A stretch of 54,848 bases of DNA from a virus (IMGVR_UViG_3300031603_000004:1-54848), one strand, 5' to 3'; shown: positions 40,476 to 47,743, counted from the stretch's first letter. Notes: generated by a model from the letters alone, not told the origin. Translations and numbers: made by a program.

Positions 40476-41155
40476 TACTTTCCTATCCTTATCAGTCTTT
40501 CTGCTTTCGCTTTAGGAGTTTCATATAAAAAACATCTCTTAGTCCATAAATGCTTTTCAGTTTTATTTTCTTCTATGTTATATCTCATAGCTTCATTAAA
40601 AACATCATCATCTATATAGTCATACTTTTCATTTAACTCTTTTTCTGCTTCTTTAATGTTTTCCATAAGAGTTTTGAAAGGTATATTAAACTTAAATGAC
40701 TTGTGTCTAGTGAAAAAGTTTTTTGCACCAGCTTCGTTCTTTATATGATTTTCTTCATCTGTTTTTTTATGAGTTTCTCTTTCATCTTTCTTTGACCAAT
40801 ATTGAAGCTTTAAACCATCATCTTTATTCTCTCCATAAATAAAACTTTCTTGATTAAACATATCAAAGTTTGCAAGCCATTGTAAATACCCTAAACTTAC
40901 ATTATAAATAAAAAATGATTTTTCTTTTACTCCATATACACCTTGTACTTTTTTATATTTATACTTTGCTGTATCTAAGTCTTTTATCATAGATTTATAT
41001 TTTTTGTTATTTTCTTCTGCTGATGTTTTTGCTGCCATAGGATTTTCTGGCGTAATTATCCCAAAAGACTTTATCTTCTTTCCTTTTACTGGAACTCCTG
41101 CAAGAGCAGCTTTCATTTTTGTAGATTTATTTTCAACTATATTTTGTATCTTCAC
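40475..41155 (-). CDS. Hypothetical protein (DUF3293-like), probably late
   Basis: FGIITPENP, GVYGVKEKSF, FNQESFI; late motif at 41174. Confidence 0.55.
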   Translation of the reverse strand: MKIQNIVENKSTKMKAALAGVPVKGKKIKSFGIITPENPMAAKTSAEENNKKYKSMIKDLDTAKYKYKKVQGVYGVKEKSFFIYNVSLGYLQWLANFDMFNQESFIYGENKDDGLKLQYWSKKDERETHKKTDEENHIKNEAGAKNFFTRHKSFKFNIPFKTLMENIKEAEKELNEKYDYIDDDVFNEAMRYNIEENKTEKHLWTKRCFLYETPKAKAERLIRIGK

Positions 41156-41373
41156 TATAATCTCCTATGCTATTATCTTTACATATGAGCCTTTCTTAAA
41201 ACAAATTTCATATACCTTTTCATTTGTTTTAACCTCTAAAACATCAGTAAAATTTAAATCTTTACCATGTTCTCCCATTCTATGCAAAAGGTTATATTCT
41301 ATCTCAATCTTTTCAAAAACTTCAATAAATTTATATAAATCTGTCATTATTATTCTCCCCTAATAGTTCGATT

Positions 41374-41448
41374 TACGAGTAGAGGGAATCGAACCCACAA
41401 AATAACCTGTTTAGGAAACAGGAGCCTATCCAATTTAGCTGCACTCGC
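41374..41448 (-). tRNA. tRNA-Arg(CCT)
   Basis: Cloverleaf, loop TTCCTAA. Confidence 0.85.
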
Positions 41449-41531
41449 AAAAAAAATACAGAAGGAGGAGTCGGGATTTTAACCCGCTTTAATCCTTCTT
41501 CAGGAACACCCCCCCCAAACTGTATTTTTAG

Positions 41532-41602
41532 AAGCCGTACTGGGAATCGAACCCAGATTAAAATGATTAGAAGTCATCCATCCTAAATCCATAGGTACAG
41601 CC
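41532..41602 (-). tRNA. tRNA-Arg(TCT), no 8-9 connector
   Basis: GGCTGTA/TACGGCT, CCTA-TGGATT-TAGG, loop CTTCTAA. Confidence 0.8.
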
Positions 41603-41667
41603 AAAATAGAAGAACTCTGGGATTGAACCAATAAAATGTAACATAATTACATAAGTTCCTAAAAATT

Positions 41668-41852
41668 AAAACATAATAATTCAACGGATTTGACCATCCT
41701 GCATTGATCGATATTCAGGACTCTGCACAGCTCACGTATTTTTGTCGATGAAGGAGCAACCCTTCGTGACGGCTAGAGTGGATTCAAAAGACGTTCGCCC
41801 CATTTTTCAGGAAAAAACTGACTACTGCTACCGTTTATTGTTATTATGTTTT
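41668..41852. ncRNA. Unidentified structured RNA of about 185 nt
   Basis: Terminal inverted repeat AAAACATAATAA...TTATTATGTTTT plus AACGG/CCGTT; GC-richer interior with hairpins. Confidence 0.55.
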
Positions 41853-41855
41853 ATA

Positions 41856-41927
41856 TAGCCACACGCAGAGTTGAACTGCGATCTTAAGGTTGAAAACCTC
41901 ACGAACTAACCATTATTCGATGTGGCC
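41856..41927 (-). tRNA. tRNA-Glu(TTC)
   Basis: Cloverleaf, loop TTTTCAA. Confidence 0.88.
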
Positions 41928-41969
41928 AAAATGATTTTTTTTACTGAAAAATCTAAAACAGCTCGTTAG

Positions 41970-42042
41970 CTCCCTCGGTATGACTTGAACATACAACATC
42001 AACGTTAACAGCGTTGCGCTCTACCAGTTGAGCTACAAGGGA
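41970..42042 (-). tRNA. tRNA-Asn(GTT)
   Basis: Cloverleaf, loop CTGTTAA. Confidence 0.92.
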
Positions 42043-42050
42043 ATGAAAAA

Positions 42051-42163
42051 AGCGGTGAAAGGGATTCGAACCCAAAATCTCCTAATAGACATTAGGCTTG
42101 ATACAAAACCATTGAAATAACATTTTCAAATTCCGTCTTGATTCCATTATCACTATCTTCCGC
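42051..42163 (-). ncRNA. tRNA-like RNA with anticodon arm replaced by a branched insert
   Basis: GCGG/CCGC acceptor, D-like TAATGG, T-loop TTCGAAT, two internal hairpins. Confidence 0.5.
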
Positions 42164-42172
42164 ATGTAAAAA

Positions 42173-42243
42173 TAGAACAAAAAGGTGTCGAACCTTTATC
42201 TTGAGCTGTTCCGCTCCTGTCCTTCCGATTAGACGATTGTTCT
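42173..42243 (-). tRNA. tRNA-like, undetermined (6-nt anticodon loop)
   Basis: Intact acceptor, D and T arms; anticodon arm GAGC-GGAACA-GCTC. Confidence 0.6.
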
Positions 42244-42393
42244 GACTAAAAGCACGACCTCTTAGCTTGCCCTAAAAAATATTATGTTCGTGACTACATA
42301 TTTTTTAGCCCTTCTTTCGAAGAGAGCAATTATAGTTCCATTAGCTACTAATGTTTACTAAAAACCCATATTCGTGAACTTATTCAGAATGTA

Positions 42394-42672
42394 CTAACTG
42401 TCCTTCTTCATTACAGGAACCTTGAAATAATGTGATGCTCTATCTTGCATCTCAAAGAAAGTATCTTTAATTGAATCAGGAACCTCTCCTTGAAAGTCAT
42501 GTACTTTTGCTCTTCCTGTAGCAATCTCAAGTGCTCTTTCTTTATTGAATTTGTCTAACTTATTGCAAAGAGAATAACCAATGTTATATTTCCCAGTTGC
42601 AACAACAACTCCAACTTTCTTATTGTGAATACCTTTCTTTACATACTTAACTAATTTCATTTTTTCCCCCAT
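42394..42672 (-). CDS. Hypothetical phage protein
   Basis: IGYSLCNKLDKFNKERALEIA. Confidence 0.65.
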   Translation of the reverse strand: MGEKMKLVKYVKKGIHNKKVGVVVATGKYNIGYSLCNKLDKFNKERALEIATGRAKVHDFQGEVPDSIKDTFFEMQDRASHYFKVPVMKKDS

Positions 42673-42720
42673 TTCCTTATAATTAATTATATCAAATTAT
42701 TCTTTTTTTGTCAAGTAAAA

Positions 42721-42950
42721 AATCATTTCTATAGCCAAGATTCTGTAATTATCCTATCATCTATCTCAGTATTTCTACTGGCCATTTCTGGCTGCCACAA
42801 CCCGATCATAATTAGAGAACTCACATCCTAGATCTGTTTGTGTTGCACCCTCTGAAGTCCTAACGATTATTCTAATCTCCTTCATTTGGTTCTGGTGTCT
42901 TGAGCTTCCTCTATATTTTTTATACTATACAGCGATAGGTCAGAATGATT
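42721..42950 (-). ncRNA. rnpB: Minimal RNase P RNA (about 230 nt)
   Basis: P1 AATCATTCT/AGAAATGATT; P2 CCTATCG/TGATAGG; CR-I GAGGAAGCTCAAGAC; CR-V ACAGAATCTTGGCT; P4 AGC(U)CAAGA/UCUUGGCU with bulged U; CR-IV AGATAGATGAT. Confidence 0.85.
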
Positions 42951-42953
42951 TAG

Positions 42954-43026
42954 TGAACTTATTCGGAACCGAACCGAAAACATTCTGCTTAAGAGGCAGA
43001 CGCTCTTCCTGTTGAGCTATAAGTCC
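42954..43026 (-). tRNA. tRNA-Lys(CTT)
   Basis: Cloverleaf, loop CTCTTAA. Confidence 0.9.
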
Positions 43027-43032
43027 GTAGTT

Positions 43033-43107
43033 TGCCAGCAACCCGAATCGAACGGGTGACACGAAAATTTTCAGTTTCCTGCTCTACCACAGCTGAGCTA
43101 TACCGGC
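43033..43107 (-). tRNA. tRNA-Phe(GAA)
   Basis: Cloverleaf, loop CTGAAAA. Confidence 0.9.
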
Positions 43108-43202
43108 TTGTTTGGGAATATTTAAGGTCTATTCCCAAGACCGAAAAAAACTATTTTTTTTTGTGAAGTAGTGTAGTTTTTCAAAAGATTCTACTTCTTA
43201 GG

Positions 43203-43272
43203 GTCAGGAGGCAAGAGTCGAACTTGCGAAGTTTTGCTTATGAGACAAAATTGAATACCGATTCTCCCCTGT
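43203..43272 (-). tRNA. tRNA-Met/Ile2(CAT), compact fold
   Basis: 1-nt connector, GAAT-CGGT-ATTC D-arm, 6-bp anticodon stem, loop CTCATAA, 1:72 mismatch. Confidence 0.7.
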
Positions 43273-43274
43273 CG

Positions 43275-43895
43275 TTATTTGTTAATTACTCTACCTTTTC
43301 TCCAATTTTCGGAGATTTCGGTATCTTTAAGAACTTTCATATTATTAACACCATCAGTTATCCACATAGTTCCAAATTGTGAATTACCTGAGCCTTTTTG
43401 TTTTACAGAATTAGCTGCTCCAATTTTTTTCTTGCTTTCTTTCGTGTGTTTTTTTCCTTTGAATGTTCCTTCGTTATTCTCATAATATAACTTCAATCCA
43501 TTAGAAACTTTTTTACAATACCATTCTCTATATTCTTCATCTTCTTTTATTTTATTATGAACTATATGACATTGACCTGCTATGTTATTTAACTCATTTG
43601 AGTTAATATAATAAAAACCTCCTCCATATCCTCCAATGGTTAAATTATATGTATCTAATCTTGATACAAAAGCTTCGTTGACAATTTCTTCTTCTTTTTC
43701 AAGCATATCTTCTAAAGAAGCACAATAAAAAAGAACTTCTCTTGAAAATATTTCTTTTCCATATTTTTTAATGACTCTCCGAAGATATGTTCCAGAACCA
43801 ATATAACCATCTTCAATTTTTTCTGTAATATGACAACCTATGTATATCATATTATTTATTTTGTTCGTCGTCTTGTAAATTAAATAATGTTTCAT
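43275..43895 (-). CDS. GIY-YIG (Seg-like) homing endonuclease inside tRNA array
   Basis: LIYKTTNKINNMIYIGCH, YIGSG, YNL..GG, NUMOD3 KHTKESKKKI. Confidence 0.9.
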   Translation of the reverse strand: MKHYLIYKTTNKINNMIYIGCHITEKIEDGYIGSGTYLRRVIKKYGKEIFSREVLFYCASLEDMLEKEEEIVNEAFVSRLDTYNLTIGGYGGGFYYINSNELNNIAGQCHIVHNKIKEDEEYREWYCKKVSNGLKLYYENNEGTFKGKKHTKESKKKIGAANSVKQKGSGNSQFGTMWITDGVNNMKVLKDTEISENWRKGRVINK

Positions 43896-43932
43896 ATTAT
43901 TACCTTTACGGTTCGATAAAAGTTCGATAAAA

Positions 43933-44003
43933 TAGAGATACTGGGAATTGAACCCAGATTACATAGATATGAGCCATGTGTTTTGCCATTAAACTATATC
44001 TCC
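43933..44003 (-). tRNA. tRNA-Met/Ile2(CAT)
   Basis: Cloverleaf, loop CTCATAT. Confidence 0.85.
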
Positions 44004-44009
44004 ATAAAA

Positions 44010-44142
44010 CTAGACACATTTTTTTTAATACTATATACAATAATAAAATGGTTTTACCTTTTGACCATCTGCTACCCAATAACCGTTCCGTTATCTTAGG
44101 AATTTTCCAATATCTGTATTTTTATATTGCTGTATGTGTCTA
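44010..44142 (-). ncRNA. Y-RNA-like element 4 (long)
   Basis: TAGACACA-TACAGCAA ... TGTGTCTAG. Confidence 0.7.
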
Positions 44143-44241
44143 AATAAAATAATAGTATTTTAAATAGTTAGATTAACCCATTGGCTTAATCCTCCTTATA
44201 TTATAATTATATCAAATTATTCTTTTTTTGTCAAATGAAAA

Positions 44242-44328
44242 CTAGACATATTCTTTTTTTCCCCAACAACTAATAATCACTTATTAACTCTTGGCGGAGA
44301 AAAATAGTTTGAATGCTGTTAATGTCTA
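44242..44328 (-). ncRNA. Y-RNA-like element 5
   Basis: TAGACAT-TAACAGCAT ... ATGTCTAG. Confidence 0.65.
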
Positions 44329-44397
44329 TAATCCTAACGGGATTCGAACCCATGTCTCCGGTTTTTGCCGAAATGCTAACCACTGCACTATAGGATA
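44329..44397 (-). tRNA. tRNA-like, undetermined (anticodon loop CAAAAA)
   Basis: Acceptor, D (AGTGGTTA) and T (TTCGAAT) arms intact; 6-nt loop without U33. Confidence 0.6.
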
Positions 44398-44467
44398 TTC
44401 CACATTTTTTCCACGTTAGAAAAATGCTTTCTCCAGAAAAATAACCGTCGCTATCTCTCTTTGGATA

Positions 44468-44543
44468 TTACTGCCATTGGAATCGAACCAATAATCGAGT
44501 AGTTATGAGCCACCCAGTTAAACCAGTGTTTACTTTCACAGCC
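44468..44543 (-). tRNA. tRNA-Met(CAT), degenerate or initiator-like
   Basis: GGGTGG-CTCATAA-CTACTC, T-arm ATTGG-TTCGATT-CCAAT; weak acceptor. Confidence 0.6.
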
Positions 44544-44600
44544 AAGTTTTGCCTTTATTCTTACTTAATTATACAATATTATTCTTTTTTTGTCAAGCAT

Positions 44601-44882
44601 TTACATCTTCAAACTTATATCATGTTCTCTTGTGTGTCTTTGATGCCCCAACGCTCTCTTTCTTGATACTTCATTTACATTCTCTAAAGGAATAAACTCT
44701 CCTTTATATGTAAAACCCTTTTCAGTTGCTACTGATATATATGATCTGTGTAACATTTGATTTTCAATCTCATTGTAATGCCAGTCATACAATTGTTTGA
44801 TATTTCCATTCTTTCTTTCGATCCACATCATTTCGTGAAATCGTGAAATACCTTCTACTCTTTCTAATTCGTTTTTGTTCAT
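44601..44882 (-). CDS. Hypothetical protein
   Basis: ORF abutting tRNA-Ile 3' end. Confidence 0.5.
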   Translation of the reverse strand: MNKNELERVEGISRFHEMMWIERKNGNIKQLYDWHYNEIENQMLHRSYISVATEKGFTYKGEFIPLENVNEVSRKRALGHQRHTREHDISLKM

Positions 44883-44883
44883 A

Positions 44884-44955
44884 TACTCCCAGATGGAATC
44901 GAGCCACCTTCTCTGAGATATCAGCTCAGGGTAATAACCAGTATACTATGGGAGC
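44884..44955 (-). tRNA. tRNA-Ile(GAT)
   Basis: Cloverleaf, loop CTGATAT. Confidence 0.88.
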
Positions 44956-45045
44956 GAGATTGTAGAATAGGATAAAGTGTTCAGCTTATTTCCCATCGAA
45001 AAATCTTGGTGAACAAGTCCGCTGTTTAACGATTATTCTACATAG

Positions 45046-45116
45046 TGGAGCTACTGAGAATTGAACTCAGATTAATGATTTGCAAAACCAACGTAATACC
45101 ATTATACTATAACCCC
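45046..45116 (-). tRNA. tRNA-Ala(TGC)
   Basis: G3:U70, loop TTTGCAA. Confidence 0.88.
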
Positions 45117-45470
45117 ATGATGACTCGATTATTTTACTTGATCGTCCACACAAGATATTTCATCATATCCCTGCTTCACGAACCTCCTGACCAAGTTAAA
45201 ATATAAAGTAATCTAATCCAATGACTTCTCGGTGATTAGCTTTCATGATTTGCAATAAAGTCCATTATTCCATTTATTGTCTCTAAACCATAAGCAACCT
45301 ATTCAATTCTCAAACCAGTATTGGAACCCTGACAATGGTCTTGAGGATTACTTTATATTCCAAATTAAATTGAAAAGCAAGTTGATCTTTTTTTAAGTAG
45401 TGATAATACTTGCGGGGAGATCATTACGTTAAAATGATATACCTGAAGAAAAATGTCTACTAACGTTTAG

Positions 45471-45542
45471 AGCCTCTTGAAGGAATCAAACCTTCTCTCT
45501 CAGTTTAACAAACTGACGCGCTTGTCATTAAGTTTAAGAGGC
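45471..45542 (-). tRNA. tRNA-Asn(GTT), divergent second copy
   Basis: GCCTCTT/AAGAGGC, TCAGT-TTGTTAA-ACTGA; D-loop lacks GG. Confidence 0.7.
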
Positions 45543-45550
45543 GTAAAAAG

Positions 45551-45623
45551 GGTGGACGGTGGGTAACGATCCCACTTAAACTTATTCCACAAATAAGTGC
45601 ATAACCTTTCTGCCACGAACACC
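45551..45623 (-). tRNA. tRNA-His(GTG)
   Basis: G-1:C73, loop TTGTGGA. Confidence 0.85.
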
Positions 45624-45701
45624 ATAAATAAAAACTTTATTTATTAGTTACAATTAGGTTTTACAATTCCCATTTACCTAAGTCTATCATAAATAAAGTA
45701 A

Positions 45702-45812
45702 TCGCGAGTCTAGGAATCAAACCCAGTCTTAGTCCTTATATGGGTAGTTTAATTGCTGTTAAAGTCTCACTAGACTTATTTCTTAATCGTGCTATCATTA
45801 CACTAACTCGCA
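45702..45812 (-). ncRNA. tRNA scaffold carrying a permuted ACAGCAA element in place of the anticodon arm (element 6)
   Basis: TGCGAGT/ACTCGCG, D-arm GTGT/GCAC, T-arm CTGGG-TTTGATT-CCTAG; insert AAGTCT-AGTG-AGACTT-TAACAGCAA. Confidence 0.7.
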
Positions 45813-45822
45813 TTGAAAAAAA

Positions 45823-45933
45823 CTAGACACAAAACCCTTTTTCTAACCCAGAATTGGTTTAATCTGGACTGCGATTTAACACAGTTTTATACACCAAAAG
45901 TTTTTATTGAGTGTTTGTTGCTGTACGTGTCTA
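45823..45933 (-). ncRNA. Y-RNA-like element 7
   Basis: TAGACAC-GTACAGCAA ... GTGTCTAG; internal T-arm-like CTGTG-TTAAAT-CGCAG then TCCAGA/TCTGGG. Confidence 0.7.
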
Positions 45934-45934
45934 A

Positions 45935-46007
45935 AGCCTTTTATCCGGTTCGAACGGATGACATTTTGCTTACAAGGCAAATGCTCTACCAACTGAGCTA
46001 AAAAGGC
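45935..46007 (-). tRNA. tRNA-Thr(TGT)
   Basis: Cloverleaf, loop CTTGTAA. Confidence 0.92.
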
Positions 46008-46013
46008 AAAATA

Positions 46014-46247
46014 CTACTTTCTATGTTTATCAAACTCTTCTTTGAATAATTCAATAAACGCTTTTTTATCTTTTTTGTGTAAGCGTTTAAGCTTTCCATG
46101 TAAACTTGAAGCTTCTCTTCCTTTTATCCAGTTAGACCAATTATTAGAAGTTACTTCCTCACTATTGATATAAAGATAAAAATCTTGTGGGTTCCCGACT
46201 ACTGAATAGTGAGGTTTCTTGTTCCAACTACCTATTTCAACTTTCAT
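46014..46247 (-). CDS. Hypothetical protein
   Basis: First ORF after promoter 46268-46296. Confidence 0.55.
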   Translation of the reverse strand: MKVEIGSWNKKPHYSVVGNPQDFYLYINSEEVTSNNWSNWIKGREASSLHGKLKRLHKKDKKAFIELFKEEFDKHRK

Positions 46248-46287
46248 AATTTGTTACCCCTTACTTAATTATACCAAATTATTCTTT

Positions 46288-46863
46288 TTATGTCAAGTCT
46301 TTTATCAAGTCCCAATTATTTGGTTTCTTATTCATAATTCTAATCAAATCATTTTCATCATACATCTTGTAATCGTTAAACTCAAGATTTACATTAAACA
46401 TCTTTCCAGTTAAAATATTAGGAAGTAAGTTTTTTTCATGACCATTTGCATGATGATGCCCAAACAACTGCCAAGCACCTCTAAAACTTTGATTCCAAGT
46501 AAGCATTGGATAATGACACATCACTATTCTTTGCTTTCCAATCTCTGTAGTTATATGTGTTTCCATAATGAAATCTAATTTGTTAGTAAATTGTTTATAG
46601 TGATTTAACACTTTCTTATCGTGATTTCCAATTATCCAATTGAAATTAACTTTCTTTGGTAGTTCTCTGAACAGCCTATCAATTGCAGGAGATGGATGAA
46701 ATCCTAAATCTCCCAAGAAGAATATTTCATCTCCTTTTTTAACAGTATCTAATACCATATCTACAATCTTTTTATCCATCTCCTCAACGTCCTTAAATGG
46801 ACGATTGGAGAATTTGATGACATTTTCGTGACCAATATGGAAATCACTTGAAAAATACTTCAT
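46288..46863 (-). CDS. Calcineurin-like metallophosphoesterase
   Basis: FSSDFHIGH, LGD, GNHD, CHYP, FGHHH; start revised to MKYF. Confidence 0.9.
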   Translation of the reverse strand: MKYFSSDFHIGHENVIKFSNRPFKDVEEMDKKIVDMVLDTVKKGDEIFFLGDLGFHPSPAIDRLFRELPKKVNFNWIIGNHDKKVLNHYKQFTNKLDFIMETHITTEIGKQRIVMCHYPMLTWNQSFRGAWQLFGHHHANGHEKNLLPNILTGKMFNVNLEFNDYKMYDENDLIRIMNKKPNNWDLIKDLT

Positions 46864-46886
46864 TTTAATCCCCTTATTGAAAATTT

Positions 46887-46972
46887 TGAGACCTGAGGGA
46901 ATCGAACCCAAATGCCGCCACTACGAATATTGATGGCAAGGCGTTTACAGCGCCCCTCGTAGAACAGATCCC
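46887..46972 (-). tRNA. tRNA-Tyr(GTA) with vestigial D-arm and long variable arm
   Basis: GGGATCT/AGGTCTC, D region GTTCTACGAG, GGGCG-CTGTAAA-CGCCT. Confidence 0.8.
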
Positions 46973-46985
46973 ATAAATAAAAAAA

Positions 46986-47045
46986 CTAGACACATTTAAC
47001 ATTAAAAATTTACAAGTTTTTCGTTTTAGTTGCTGTTAGTGTCTA
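46986..47045 (-). ncRNA. Y-RNA-like element 8
   Basis: TAGACAC-TAACAGCAA ... GTGTCTAG. Confidence 0.7.
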
Positions 47046-47047
47046 AA

Positions 47048-47119
47048 CGACTCTACTGGGAATCGAACCCAGATTTTTTGATAGACAGTCAAAAATCTTA
47101 ACCATTAGACCATAGAGCC
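47048..47119 (-). tRNA. tRNA-Asp(GTC)
   Basis: Cloverleaf, loop CTGTCTA, G73. Confidence 0.92.
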
Positions 47120-47198
47120 AAAATATCAGGGTTCTTATTTATACTAGAGTCCTGAATTGCCTCCAGTGAAAGTTGCTGATTACAGTTTACTTTCAAAA

Positions 47199-47271
47199 TG
47201 CGAGTAGCCGGAGTCGAACCGGCGATCTCATATTCCCAAAATATGTCGGTTAGCCACTACCGTATACTCAC
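47199..47271 (-). tRNA. tRNA-Pro(TGG)
   Basis: Cloverleaf, loop TTTGGGA. Confidence 0.88.
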
Positions 47272-47277
47272 ATAAAA

Positions 47278-47394
47278 CTCGACACGTTTTTTTAATGCTA
47301 CCGCTACACCATACGGAAGACCAACTCCGTAGTAGGATTCGAACCTACGCCTATAAATTTCAATTTTATTTTTTTTAGTTGCTGTTCGTGTCTA
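47278..47394 (-). ncRNA. YrlA-like RNA: ACAGCAA stem plus circularly permuted tRNA module (element 9)
   Basis: GACACG-AACAGCAA, T-arm GTAGG-TTCGAAT-CCTAC, closed acceptor TACGGAG-TTGGTC-TTCCGTA, TG, D-arm GTGT-AGCGGTA-GCAT, CGTGTC. Confidence 0.85.
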
Positions 47395-47402
47395 ATGGTC
47401 TA

Positions 47403-47474
47403 TACCGAGTGTTGGAATCGAACCAACTACATTTTGTATGTAAGACAAAATTTCTTCCAGTGAATTAACTCGGC
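47403..47474 (-). tRNA. tRNA-Val(TAC)
   Basis: Cloverleaf, loop CTTACAT. Confidence 0.88.
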
Positions 47475-47512
47475 TTGATTTGCTATCTTGTTATTGAATA
47501 ACCTTATATACT

Positions 47513-47541
47513 ATTATACAATATTATTCTTTTTTTGTCAA
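47513..47541 (-). promoter_or_regulatory. Early promoter inside the large tRNA array
   Basis: TTGACA-17-TATAAT family copy. Confidence 0.85.
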
Positions 47542-47605
47542 GATTTAACTTAACCAAGCATAGCAAAAGTATGTTGAGAAATCTATAATCATATAAACTC
47601 CTTAG

Positions 47606-47677
47606 AGCGAATGGAGGTAGTCGAAACCTCATCTTCTGGGTGGAAGCCAGGAGTAATAGCCGTTATACGACATTCGC
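47606..47677 (-). tRNA. tRNA-Gly(TCC)
   Basis: Cloverleaf, loop CTTCCAC, U73. Confidence 0.92.
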
Positions 47678-47743
47678 ATAAAATGAAACCCTTCCCTATA
47701 AATTGACTATCATAAGACAGTCTCCTTCTTTTTGTAAAAGATC

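Noticed and set aside
41461-41502. tRNA gene
   Set aside because: Only a T-arm-like hairpin with flanking stem; no D or anticodon arm
45160-45197. SRP RNA-like GGTCAGG...GAAGCAG
   Set aside because: Lacks the paired GNRA-capped helix 8 and long flanking helix; similarity too weak
45702-45812. Intron-containing tRNA
   Set aside because: Insert too short for a group I intron, no bulge-helix-bulge, and no excision that restores a 7-nt anticodon loop was found
27201-47394. ACAGCAA repeats or promoter repeats as a CRISPR array
   Set aside because: Copies are dispersed, spacing is irregular, stems covary and no cas genes are present
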